A stretch of 64,000 nt of DNA from an uncultured Rubripirellula sp. GTDB lineage: Bacteria; Planctomycetota; Planctomycetia; Pirellulales; Pirellulaceae. The notes below the pieces were generated by a model. It worked only from the letters and a program-made list of their open reading frames with translations, was not told the origin of the DNA and did no database searches. The position numbers and the translations under genes were made by a program. Below, one piece after another: positions 18,560 through 28,080 of the stretch. Position 1 is the first letter of the stretch. Every line of letters begins with the position of its first letter. The stretch covers positions 1 through 64,000 of the forward strand of contig CALKGR010000003.1 in assembly GCA_938085445.1 (NCBI GenBank), in the 5' to 3' direction.

Positions 18560-20536
18560 ATGAGCTTGAATGACACCAGGAATATCCCGGAATTGCTGAG
18601 AATAGGGGGGAAAATCTCTCTTCTGCCGGTCATTCATGGGAGTGGGCAGTTTGCGGTTACCGTGCGTCGTTGGATGCTCGAGCACGCTTTTGACTGCATC
18701 GCTGTCCCGCTGCCATCATCATTTCGAACCGCTGTTGAATCCGCTGTTTTGGAATTACCACGACCCTCCATCGTGATCCAACCTCCGACCACTGCTTTCA
18801 CCGAAGAACCGGAAAATTGGGCGATCAACGAATGGAATCCTGAGGAAGCGGAAACTGAAGATCTGGATGCTGCGACCTGCAGCTATATCCCGATTGACCC
18901 ATGCCAAAGCGTGATCATGGCGATCCGTGCCGCGATGGGTGAACATATCCCCCGAGAATACATCGACTTGGAAACGGATCCATTTCGCCCTTATGCCACG
19001 ACAATGCCAGATCCATTTGCGGTCCGCCACGTGGCACCTGAAAAATTCGCCGCTGCAGTCCTACCAACAATTGTCCCACCGCCAGACCAACAAACATCTC
19101 AACGCATGGTTCACATGGCTTGGCGACTACGGCAATTGGAAAATCGATACCAACGCATCCTGTTGGTGACAAGTGTTTTGCATTGGCCATGGATTCGCGA
19201 TGCCTATACACAATTGGGAATTCGTTCCGACACCCCCGCAAAAAGTGAAGTAGCAGCGTCTCTGGAACTGCCGAATGACGATGATGTACAGGCCCCTGTT
19301 CGGTACGCCGTAAAGAATCGCACACTGATGTTTCTGTTTGGAGAATTACCCTACATCACCGGCCTTTATGAACGAGCAAGATCAGAACTGGAAGAAGATG
19401 ATGATCTGCAAATTGATGGGGTCAAAGAACTCCTGATCGCCGCTCGCGACGCTTATCGTCGAGACCTTGGTAACCGAGCTAGACGTATCACTCCTCTGCA
19501 TTTGTCAAAATGTTTGCAATACATTCGCAATCTGTCTTTGATTCATCGCCGCATGACACCAGATTTGATCACAATCGTGACGGCAGCCAAACAGATTTTG
19601 GGAGATCAATTCGCACTACATGTGGCTGAACTTGCAAATGACTACCGTTACTCTGAAACAGAAGAAGAACACACTGAACTGGAAGAAGTCACCTTAGGAA
19701 TCGACCAAGCTCGACTTCCGGATGGAGAAATCGTATCACTTGTGAATCGGTTGCCGGGACCACCAATGACATGGTGTACTCTTGAACTGAAACGGCGTCC
19801 AAGCAAATCAGAGTCCGATCAATGGAAGTACCGGTGGAATCCGTATAGCCAATGCAGCTATCCGCCGGAGGATGACCGAATTGAAAATTTCAGAACACGA
19901 GTTTTTGAGCGTGCGCGCTCAATCATGGGCAACGACCTGGCAAAGACTGAGAAGTTCACAACCAGTGTCAAAGATGGCATTGATATCCGAGATACTCTCA
20001 GACATTGGTATGAGAAACAAATCTATGTTAAGGTCGTCCCACCAAGTCGAGGCACGCTTGATGCTTGCGTGATGCTGTTCGATTCACCTGCTGATCCCCG
20101 CGATTATCCATGGCGTACAACGTGGTTCGCGGAACATAAAGATGAGTCAACCCTCTCCTTTTATGCGACCAACTATGAGGAGGAAATGGTTGGTCCAGGG
20201 ATCGGCATGGGCATTTATGGAGGCGCTCTGTTTCTCTATCCCCCTGTAGGGATCCCCGACGTCTGGACGGATGCACGACTTGACTACACAGAAACACTTG
20301 AAGAACGTTTGTTAGCTGCAGCCTGCGTCCATTCTCGAGGGAAGCAAATCGCTGTGCTGTCAGCGCTGCCACCGGGCAACGGCTTTCGGAAATTGGCAAG
20401 ACGATACCGCAAACATCTTGTACATGTCTCACTGAATTCTTTCAGTGATGAACAGGTCCAGCAATTGCGCACTGTGCATGTATTGAATGGCAGTGAAGTC
20501 CGAAGCTACGCTGAGGAATTCATCCGAAAAGTATGA
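18560..20536 (+). CDS. Conserved hypothetical protein; N-terminal region resembles the TraB/DUF5682-like fold
   Basis: 658-aa ORF. PVIHGS..FA..V, DCIAVPLP, R..HMAWRL...ILLVTSVLHW; later GIDIRDTLR. Confidence 0.75.
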   Translation: MSLNDTRNIPELLRIGGKISLLPVIHGSGQFAVTVRRWMLEHAFDCIAVPLPSSFRTAVESAVLELPRPSIVIQPPTTAFTEEPENWAINEWNPEEAETEDLDAATCSYIPIDPCQSVIMAIRAAMGEHIPREYIDLETDPFRPYATTMPDPFAVRHVAPEKFAAAVLPTIVPPPDQQTSQRMVHMAWRLRQLENRYQRILLVTSVLHWPWIRDAYTQLGIRSDTPAKSEVAASLELPNDDDVQAPVRYAVKNRTLMFLFGELPYITGLYERARSELEEDDDLQIDGVKELLIAARDAYRRDLGNRARRITPLHLSKCLQYIRNLSLIHRRMTPDLITIVTAAKQILGDQFALHVAELANDYRYSETEEEHTELEEVTLGIDQARLPDGEIVSLVNRLPGPPMTWCTLELKRRPSKSESDQWKYRWNPYSQCSYPPEDDRIENFRTRVFERARSIMGNDLAKTEKFTTSVKDGIDIRDTLRHWYEKQIYVKVVPPSRGTLDACVMLFDSPADPRDYPWRTTWFAEHKDESTLSFYATNYEEEMVGPGIGMGIYGGALFLYPPVGIPDVWTDARLDYTETLEERLLAAACVHSRGKQIAVLSALPPGNGFRKLARRYRKHLVHVSLNSFSDEQVQQLRTVHVLNGSEVRSYAEEFIRKV

Positions 20537-20613
20537 GCAACGAGGATTTGTGAGGGGCTTCCTCAATACGGCGATACAAATTGGACTGGTGTCGCAAACC
20601 GGCGGGTAAGTGA

Positions 20614-21738
20614 CTAATTCCCCGCTGCCCGCCTTTGTGCTGCCCGCTGAGCGTCGAGAACTGCGTCCTCCAGTCGACGCCCCCCCCGTTTTGGCAAGTC
20701 CTCCTGGGGAACCAAGGGTGGCACGGTCCCGCCATTCTGTTGCCGCAAAGCGGCACTGTAGACTCCGATGACTCCCGATTGAAGCAATCGACCTGGAGGA
20801 AGAAAAAAACGACCAATCCCTCGACCTTGGAAATTAACATCCTCAATGACATTGGGACTCTTACCAGTTCGATCAATCGCTACCGACTGCATTGCCCATT
20901 CATGAATCACAAATTCGTATCGAACCGGTGACTGATATTCGGTCACAACTTCCCGAGCCCGTGTATATCCATAAGGATTCATGACACGAAACTGCTCAAT
21001 GCGTTTCCCGCCTGCATCACGAATCAATTCAACACTAGCCGATGATTTCGATTGAATTCGAATCGTTCGGCTTCTTGCTGATTCCTGAAGATCACGAATT
21101 CCAACTTGAATTTCGCGACGACCGTCATTTACCAACTTTAATCGCGCCGGGGGCAGCGGTGGATTAGGAATAACAATGCTATTAAGCAAAACGGATTGCG
21201 GATGTACCCACCAGCCACCATACCCATACACCTGAGGATCAAACCCAGGTCCATACCACTGCCAAGGGTACAGATGTGGTTGTGGATAAGACTGGTGCCG
21301 AGAATGGAACCCGTGCCTTGGAAATAACTGACCTGGGAAAAAAACAGGGGCCCCAAAGGTAAAGGGTGGCACAATCTGTCCACGCCGCAATCTGACCACT
21401 CTGTGCGTATTAATGAAGCGCGGACGTGGATCTCCCAAACCTGCCGTTTGCATCACACCCACACATGAACGTGGAAATCTGAGTGCCCGATCAATCTTAG
21501 GACTGTAATAACCAACGAATTCACCACCCAGTGAATCAAAAGATGGGTCACGACAAAAAGTTGCTCGCTGACCAGCACGACTTTGAACCGAAATTTGCCC
21601 GCCTTCAATGCGGGCGGTCGCCGTCACTTCACCCGTTGGCTCAACCAGATCAAAGGTTTGCTGTCCACTTACTGGAACACTAAGGAGTGTGAGCACCAGT
21701 AAACTAAGAACAACATCGATGGACATTTTCATTTCCAC
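20614..21738 (-). CDS. Exported hypothetical protein with Pro/Gly/aromatic-rich central segment
   Basis: 374-aa ORF with an N-terminal hydrophobic signal. Start uncertain within 21726-21738. Confidence 0.7.
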   Translation of the reverse strand: MEMKMSIDVVLSLLVLTLLSVPVSGQQTFDLVEPTGEVTATARIEGGQISVQSRAGQRATFCRDPSFDSLGGEFVGYYSPKIDRALRFPRSCVGVMQTAGLGDPRPRFINTHRVVRLRRGQIVPPFTFGAPVFFPGQLFPRHGFHSRHQSYPQPHLYPWQWYGPGFDPQVYGYGGWWVHPQSVLLNSIVIPNPPLPPARLKLVNDGRREIQVGIRDLQESARSRTIRIQSKSSASVELIRDAGGKRIEQFRVMNPYGYTRAREVVTEYQSPVRYEFVIHEWAMQSVAIDRTGKSPNVIEDVNFQGRGIGRFFLPPGRLLQSGVIGVYSAALRQQNGGTVPPLVPQEDLPKRGGRRLEDAVLDAQRAAQRRAAGN

Positions 21739-21765
21739 GCTCTCCGATAATCGTCACTCATGAAC

Positions 21766-21796
21766 AAGCTGTTGTAATAAGCTGTTGTAATAAGCT
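21766..21796. repeat. 13-bp tandem duplication (aagctgttgtaat x2.4)
   Basis: Copies at 21766 and 21779, partial copy at 21792. Confidence 0.85.
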
Positions 21797-23066
21797 TCCT
21801 GCTGTTTCAAACACCCACAACGGCTGAATATAGAAGAAGTTCATTCCTATTCCAAAGCAACCCCAAACCAAGGTCCAAGCCAGCACCGAAGGATAAGACT
21901 TTCGAATCCGAAAACACTTTTTCGGTTTCTACGGCCAAGTATTCAACCCAACCTAGGACAAGCTCCTACCCTCTTCGATTACCGATTTGGAACAGCAACA
22001 TCATGCAGGATTGCTCTCGTTTCGTCGTCGAGGACAACAATAGCAAATCGGCTAGCTCTCTATGCATCTGCGGCACTAACACTGGGTAATCAAATGGCTT
22101 ATGCGAGTCGATCTAACCGCTGTTGTAAAACTTGACATAAGTCAGCGAAACAGGCTGATGCGATCCCGTATCAGTAGTCGGAATCCCGGCGAAATGCACC
22201 TTGTCAAATCACCACCATTATAAAGAGCTGTTAATCGAGAAGCTCCAAAAACCACTTCGGACAACAATATTTGTCGTTGTTGCAGTTCATCCAGTTCCAG
22301 TTTCCTCACACCATTTGCAACATCAAATTCGATAGTTCCGGTGCGATTTGGTTGTACTGGACCTTGTGCTCGTCAGTAGCGATCAAACCATCCCGATCTA
22401 TATCCGTATTCACCAGCCTTGCATGATGGCGATAATACGAGACAGTGTTGATCTGATAATTCCAAAGTATGATTTTCGGTAAATTTTTCAGACAAATTGC
22501 CGCTGACGATCAGTCATTGTAACGATGGCCAATCATTCCTCGCCATTACGTAAGACAAACCAATCTGGCAGAAATGCCTCTATGGGTTCCAACATTCCGG
22601 CTATCTGATCGAACAGATAATGATAAAAGTAATGTTCATCACTGCCAGGAATCAACTCCGTAGGCATCACCTCACAATCCTTGGACAAGGCATAATACTC
22701 CATCTAACTAATAGGCTCATCATGAACGGGCCGCAGAGCGACCAGCACGTACACCAATAACGGAGTGGGTACGAGCTGAAAACTGACTGGGTCAACCATG
22801 AACTTGGCAAAGATTACCACCCAAAGTAATCAGCGAAATGCACGACAAGCTGGCTGACTTGCCGTGATGCTGGATAGACAATGAATTGATCATTTTGCCA
22901 CCACACCGATCGCTGAATCGTCACCCATTTTGACGACGCTGAATGCCGATTATCAGCGAACAATCCTTATCATTCGCTAATTGTCGCGCGAACCAATAGC
23001 ACTGCAACATACATGAGTGCGAAGAACATTTTTACATCCACAAGAATGTCAGATGCGTGGTAAGGA

Positions 23067-24251
23067 TTACAGCAACCTCCGAATTGCAATCAGCAACTCG
23101 TCAATCATCTCGGCTTCGTGTGCAGCAGAGAGTGAAATCCTCAATCTCGCCGTGCCCTCCGGTACAGTCGGCGGACGAATCGCCGGGATATAAAATCCAC
23201 TCTTTGCCAACTGTGCGGACACTTCAATCACTCGCGGATCCGTTCCCACAATGACCGGAATAATCGGCACGGACGCTTCTAGCTTGCTCGTCACGTTGAC
23301 CGAGAGTTCTGAACGCACTTGGCGAGCCAGCTTTTGAACCCTCTGCCTTCGCTCCGGCCGCGTCCTGATCTCACCAATCCCGGCCAATGCCGCACTGACT
23401 GCCGATGGAGCCAACGAAGTGCTATAGATCAGCGACCGGCAATGATTGATCAAGTGGTCAACGATGACACGAGGAGCCGCCACAAAGCCACCTTGGCTAC
23501 CAACTGCTTTACTCAACGTACCAATCCGTATCGCTATCTTACTTTTCACACCCAGTGCATCACAAACACCAGAACCATCAGTTCCAAGAACCCCCGTCCC
23601 GTGTGCTTCATCTGCTATCACACACGCATCGTGCTGTTCTGCTACTTCCTGCAAACAGTCCAACGGTGCGATGTCTCCGTCCATCCCAAAAATTGTGTTT
23701 GTCACAATCCAAACGCGGGAAAATTCCCTTCGTCGCTGCTGCAAAACCTGATCTACTTTCTGCCAATCTCGATGCGGATACACCACACACTCGGCACGTG
23801 ACAATCGACATCCATCGATTAACGATGCGTGATTCAGTTCATCGCTCAGAATCAGGTCTCCCGCCTCAGCCAGCGTGCTCACTGCACCACTACACGCTGC
23901 AAAGCCAGTAGGAAACAAAACAGCAGCTTCCGTTTCCTCCAGCTCTGCAATCTGTTTACTCAGTTGCTCGTGACTGATCGTCCAACCAGACAAAAGCGCA
24001 CTGGCCCCACTGCCGCCTGCAACACGTAGGTCCAAGTCAGCGTTGCCAATCGAAAGCTCCCCATAATGATCTTGATTGCCACGCATCTCCATACCTAAAC
24101 CGAGATAATCGTTAGCACCAAAATTCAGTAACCGACGACCATCAGGATCGATCACATGAACACCATCAAGCTCGCGTGCGACCAGATTTCGGAACCGCTT
24201 ATGCTCCCGAAGACACTGTTGGCGTTGCGTTAAATAATCAAAACTGGTCAT
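23067..24251 (-). CDS. bioF: 8-amino-7-oxononanoate synthase
   Basis: NFGANDYLGL, SDELNHASLIDG, FGMDGD, DEAH, GTLSKA (PLP lysine), AIRPPTVPEGTARLRISLSA. Confidence 0.92.
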   Translation of the reverse strand: MTSFDYLTQRQQCLREHKRFRNLVARELDGVHVIDPDGRRLLNFGANDYLGLGMEMRGNQDHYGELSIGNADLDLRVAGGSGASALLSGWTISHEQLSKQIAELEETEAAVLFPTGFAACSGAVSTLAEAGDLILSDELNHASLIDGCRLSRAECVVYPHRDWQKVDQVLQQRRREFSRVWIVTNTIFGMDGDIAPLDCLQEVAEQHDACVIADEAHGTGVLGTDGSGVCDALGVKSKIAIRIGTLSKAVGSQGGFVAAPRVIVDHLINHCRSLIYSTSLAPSAVSAALAGIGEIRTRPERRQRVQKLARQVRSELSVNVTSKLEASVPIIPVIVGTDPRVIEVSAQLAKSGFYIPAIRPPTVPEGTARLRISLSAAHEAEMIDELLIAIRRLL

Positions 24252-24283
24252 CAAACTGGTTACACAAACTGGTTACACAAACT
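24252..24283. repeat. 13-bp tandem duplication (caaactggttaca x2.5)
   Basis: Copies at 24252 and 24265, partial copy at 24278; a degenerate copy lies in the bioF start region. Confidence 0.85.
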
Positions 24284-24298
24284 CATCATCGAACACAA

Positions 24299-24637
24299 TC
24301 ATCCCGGCGGCCAATCAAGTTTACGACCGCCCAATACATGAAAATGCAAATGCATGACTTCTTGGCCACCGTCCTCGCGTGTGTTCGCAACAAGACGATA
24401 CCCGGAACTCAGCCCCTCTGCCTCCGCGACCTTAGATGCAACCTGCACACAACGTCCCACAATCGCTTCATCTTCATCTGACAAATCGGCAAGTGAAACA
24501 ATTTCTTTTTTGGGGATCACAAGAAAATGCGTGGGAGCTCTCGGATTTATATCACGAAATGCGAGGCAGAGTTCATCCTCATGCAGAACATCGGCAGGGA
24601 TCTCACCTGCAATGATTTTAGAAAAGATCGTCGTCAT
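24299..24637 (-). CDS. hinT: Histidine triad (HIT) nucleotide-binding protein
   Basis: TIFSKII.GEIP, AFRDINPRAPTH, GQEVMHLHFHVLGGR. Confidence 0.93.
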   Translation of the reverse strand: MTTIFSKIIAGEIPADVLHEDELCLAFRDINPRAPTHFLVIPKKEIVSLADLSDEDEAIVGRCVQVASKVAEAEGLSSGYRLVANTREDGGQEVMHLHFHVLGGRKLDWPPG

Positions 24638-25092
24638 CAAAAAATCCAAATAGAAACACGTTACGGCTTTCGCCACACACTTTATGACCAGTATCCCGAC
24701 GCAAACTGCTCACACGAGACAGCCAATGCTACCCAACGGGTTCGTCATTTTATATTGTTGGCCGAGCCATTTCGGCCTGCTAAATCATCACCTTGCCAGG
24801 AACCTCCGTCGAATACTCATCCTAACAGTGACGTGGAATCATATCTCTGACGACAGGTCACGATAGCAGATGAACCGCAGTGATCGAATCAGTCTCGCTG
24901 TAAATCCAAGCCTCACGGCAAATACTATCAGTAAACCATCCTGAGTTTTCTACTGAAGCCTCCCCACGACAGACAACTCCGGGCGGTTTTGGGCTCGCAC
25001 GTATGAATCTCCTGATTTCAGCTACGAAGTCCATCGGAATCACAGAATTGCCGGGGGTGGATCTTGTTGTAGGTTGCATATTCCACTACCTA

Positions 25093-25201
25093 CTACTCGA
25101 ACCCTGCTACTCGAACCGTACCACTCACCGCCCTATCGTTTTGCTGGGACACCTGTTCCGGAAATCCTAATGACAGCAAAACCTCAAATGACAGCAAAAC
25201 C
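25093..25201. repeat. Two short tandem duplications (ctactcgaacc period 14; aatgacagcaaaacc period 18)
   Basis: Copies at 25093/25107 and at 25169/25187. Confidence 0.8.
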
Positions 25202-25219
25202 ATTCATAAGTCCCCGCTG

Positions 25220-25702
25220 ATGAATTCCGCTACTACGCTTCAGCAGTTGCTACATGGATCTCCAAGTGAGCGTGCAACAGCAGCTGAACATCTTGCTCAA
25301 CAAGGCACTGCAGCCGCATACGCTGCAAGTGAACTCACCGCAGCCTGTGGTGATACCGAGCAGGTAAGCGATTGGGCAGTTGCCGCATTGGAACAGCTGG
25401 GACCACCGCCATCGTGCGTCATTGATTCACTGGCGACCATGGCACAATCGAAAAAGATGCTGACCGCGTATTGGGCAGTAACCCTCTTGGGCCGAGCAGG
25501 TCCTGATGCAGCGCTTCACCAACAAGTGCTGGTAACTTTATTGCAAGACTCCAAGGACATGGCGGTGCAGGAGAAAGCAGCGTGGAGCCTTGGCCGCATG
25601 CAGGCAGATTCGTGGGAAGCAAAGCAGGCACTGCAACAAGCTGCACAATCACCTGAAACGCGACTTTCGCGTGTTGCAGCGAAAGCACTGCAACAAACGT
25701 AG
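25220..25702 (+). CDS. HEAT-repeat protein
   Basis: Ala/Leu-rich helical repeats (ERATAAEHL, WAVTLLGRAG, VQEKAAWSLG). Confidence 0.8.
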   Translation: MNSATTLQQLLHGSPSERATAAEHLAQQGTAAAYAASELTAACGDTEQVSDWAVAALEQLGPPPSCVIDSLATMAQSKKMLTAYWAVTLLGRAGPDAALHQQVLVTLLQDSKDMAVQEKAAWSLGRMQADSWEAKQALQQAAQSPETRLSRVAAKALQQT

Positions 25703-25752
25703 AAGCAGACAGATCAAATTACAAAACGCGATCACGGGCATGGAGGCCTGGC

Positions 25753-26886
25753 ATGGCTCGCAGAAAATCCAAATTTTCGTTATTGATGTGGTTGCTCTTC
25801 AGTGGCCTCACAGGAAGTGGAATTACGGGCTACTTAAGACCCAACATTCCTATCATTGGCCCCATGATTGCTAAGTTCACCGATAAGGGTGAGAACCGTG
25901 GGGCAGGTAGTGGAAATCTACTGACGGAATCAGCAAATGGCCTGCTTCATGGCGAAGCATCTGGTGGTTATGGCGGTTCAACTGCTGCCGGTCGACTTGC
26001 ATCGGCGAGGCAGCCTTCCAATGGGCAACAACAGGGTACCGTCCAACCCGCCACGGCTGCGGGAAGCCAAGGAAATGGGAATTTATTGATAGCCAGTTTC
26101 AACATTCAAGTACTCGGTCAATCAAAAATTTCCAAACCTGGCATGAAGGAACTATTAGCTCACGTGATTCGGCAATTCGATCTCGTTGCCATCCAAGAGG
26201 TTCGCGCGAAGGCAGACAATGTCATTCCTGATCTGGTCGCCACCATCAACTCCAATGGCAGCCGATACAACTTTGTGATCGGTCCCCGACTGGGTCGAAG
26301 CAACAGCAAGGAACAGTACACATATGTGTTCAACACCAACACGGTGGAACATGACCCATCATCGGTTGGCACGGTCAATGACCCAAAAGACCTTCTACAT
26401 CGCGAGCCATTCGTGACTCGATTTCGAGCAAGAACGCAATCACCCGCTCAGGCATTTACATTTTGGATGGTAAATATTCACACCGATCCTGATGAAGTTC
26501 CCGAAGAAGTGGATGCCCTAGCTGATGTATTTCAGGTCATGCAAAAAGCCCGTGCTGACGAAGATGATGTGATTCTGCTCGGGGATCTGAATGCAAGTGA
26601 AAAACAGTTGGGCAGACTGGGAAGACTTCCTGGGATGCGATGGACAGTCAGTGGTGTGACCACCAACACTCGAAAGAACAAAGCTTATGACAACATTCTG
26701 TTCCAAGGGCAGGCAACCCGTGAATACACCGGTCGCTGGGGGGTTTATGACTTGGAGCGCAATCTTGGACTGAATCGCGAACAGGCACTGCAAGTATCTG
26801 ACCACCTGCCTGTCTGGGCTGAGTTTCGTGTCTGGGAGGCACCCCCGCCCACAAATTCTGTAGGACGTCCGTCCCTTGACAACTGA
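25753..26886 (+). CDS. Membrane-anchored endonuclease/exonuclease/phosphatase (DNase I-like)
   Basis: N-terminal hydrophobic segment; IASFNIQ, AIQEVR, REPFVTRF, GDLN, YDNI, SDHLPV. Confidence 0.88.
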   Translation: MARRKSKFSLLMWLLFSGLTGSGITGYLRPNIPIIGPMIAKFTDKGENRGAGSGNLLTESANGLLHGEASGGYGGSTAAGRLASARQPSNGQQQGTVQPATAAGSQGNGNLLIASFNIQVLGQSKISKPGMKELLAHVIRQFDLVAIQEVRAKADNVIPDLVATINSNGSRYNFVIGPRLGRSNSKEQYTYVFNTNTVEHDPSSVGTVNDPKDLLHREPFVTRFRARTQSPAQAFTFWMVNIHTDPDEVPEEVDALADVFQVMQKARADEDDVILLGDLNASEKQLGRLGRLPGMRWTVSGVTTNTRKNKAYDNILFQGQATREYTGRWGVYDLERNLGLNREQALQVSDHLPVWAEFRVWEAPPPTNSVGRPSLDN

Positions 26887-27082
26887 CATTCCGTATCAGG
26901 TGCACTCGCGACCGAATGCTTGAGCACAGTGCAATTGCCCTGCGAGCGGTCCAGCCATTCACCCAAGCTTGAATCTGGCTGCAGGGACAAGCACAGTCCA
27001 AAGTACTGCCCAAACAGAAGTTCAATGACCATTTCTTGCCAAACAACTGGAAATTCTGGCCCACCACAAGCACTCACTCAAT

Positions 27083-28000
27083 TCACTGATTGAGTGATTT
27101 GGAAAGGACTTTCTTGAGTCCGTAAACAGGTGTCAACTCTAACGACAACTGCAGGCGTTTCGCCTCCTCTGCCTGGCCAGACGCCCGTAACTTATTCATC
27201 AACAGATGACTTGGGCCAGTCTGAATCGCCATCGGCAACGCCGCAATTTGTTTCTCCCACGTTGCCTGCAGAGCAGCGACCTGCGGAGGCGGTGTGACGC
27301 GCCAGGACAAAATCCGTGCAAGCTGAGAGATATCTCGCGATGTCCCAGAATCCTTCACCAGCTCGTTGATAATCTGCAACCCTTGATTGCGGTCTGCTGA
27401 CGAGAGCAACCAGCTAGCCGCCACGAGTCGTACAACGGCGGAAGGATCCTGAGCCCTTTCGCTTGCAGCACGAACGACTGCCGCAGGCTGAGCTCCATTT
27501 TCCCAAGCGATCGGCAGCCACGCCAAGACCATCGCTGGCAATGGTCGGCGATCCAGTTGCCCGACCAATTCCAATGCTACGGGAGCTCGACCACTGAGCC
27601 AGGCGCTATTGGCCGACAGCATGGTGAGCCATTGCTGCCGCCAAACCGGAGGACGGCTCTTCAATGCGGCTGGCAAACCAGAAAGTGATTGTGCGTACTT
27701 TCCCTCTTTGAAAAGGTCAATCAGACCCGCTTCGAGGTTGGAAATCTGTTCAGGTTCTACCCACAGTACTCGTGCTGCTGAAGTAACAGTTTCGGTATTC
27801 TGCCCCGCTCGAATCACACGAAATTGTTCCGCATCGAAAGCAACAACACTACCTGTAAACGACTCGATGCTGCGTGGATACCAATCTCCTTGCCCGACAG
27901 TTGGCCGAGCTGGCTCCAACCAAATTCGATCCGCAGCCCGAATCCAATCGGTATAGGTGACGGAACAAACAACAATAAGCAAAAAAACTGACAAACGCAT
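27083..28000 (-). CDS. Exported hypothetical protein (helical/TPR-like C-terminus)
   Basis: Signal peptide from ATG at 28000; long ORF co-oriented with the vWA gene. Confidence 0.7.
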   Translation of the reverse strand: MRLSVFLLIVVCSVTYTDWIRAADRIWLEPARPTVGQGDWYPRSIESFTGSVVAFDAEQFRVIRAGQNTETVTSAARVLWVEPEQISNLEAGLIDLFKEGKYAQSLSGLPAALKSRPPVWRQQWLTMLSANSAWLSGRAPVALELVGQLDRRPLPAMVLAWLPIAWENGAQPAAVVRAASERAQDPSAVVRLVAASWLLSSADRNQGLQIINELVKDSGTSRDISQLARILSWRVTPPPQVAALQATWEKQIAALPMAIQTGPSHLLMNKLRASGQAEEAKRLQLSLELTPVYGLKKVLSKSLNQ

Positions 28001-28080
28001 TGTACTTACATGCCTTAGTATCACGCAAAAGTCGACGCTCAAAAACAACTGCATCGAATTCGTGTTGCTCTTACACGAGA

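Noticed and set aside
24684..25079. Small ORFs between hinT and the HEAT-repeat gene
   Set aside because: Short, with no motifs or convincing RBS; cannot be supported as genes.
21766..25201. Short repeats as a CRISPR array
   Set aside because: Only 2-3 adjacent copies of unrelated units, with no spacers and no cas genes.
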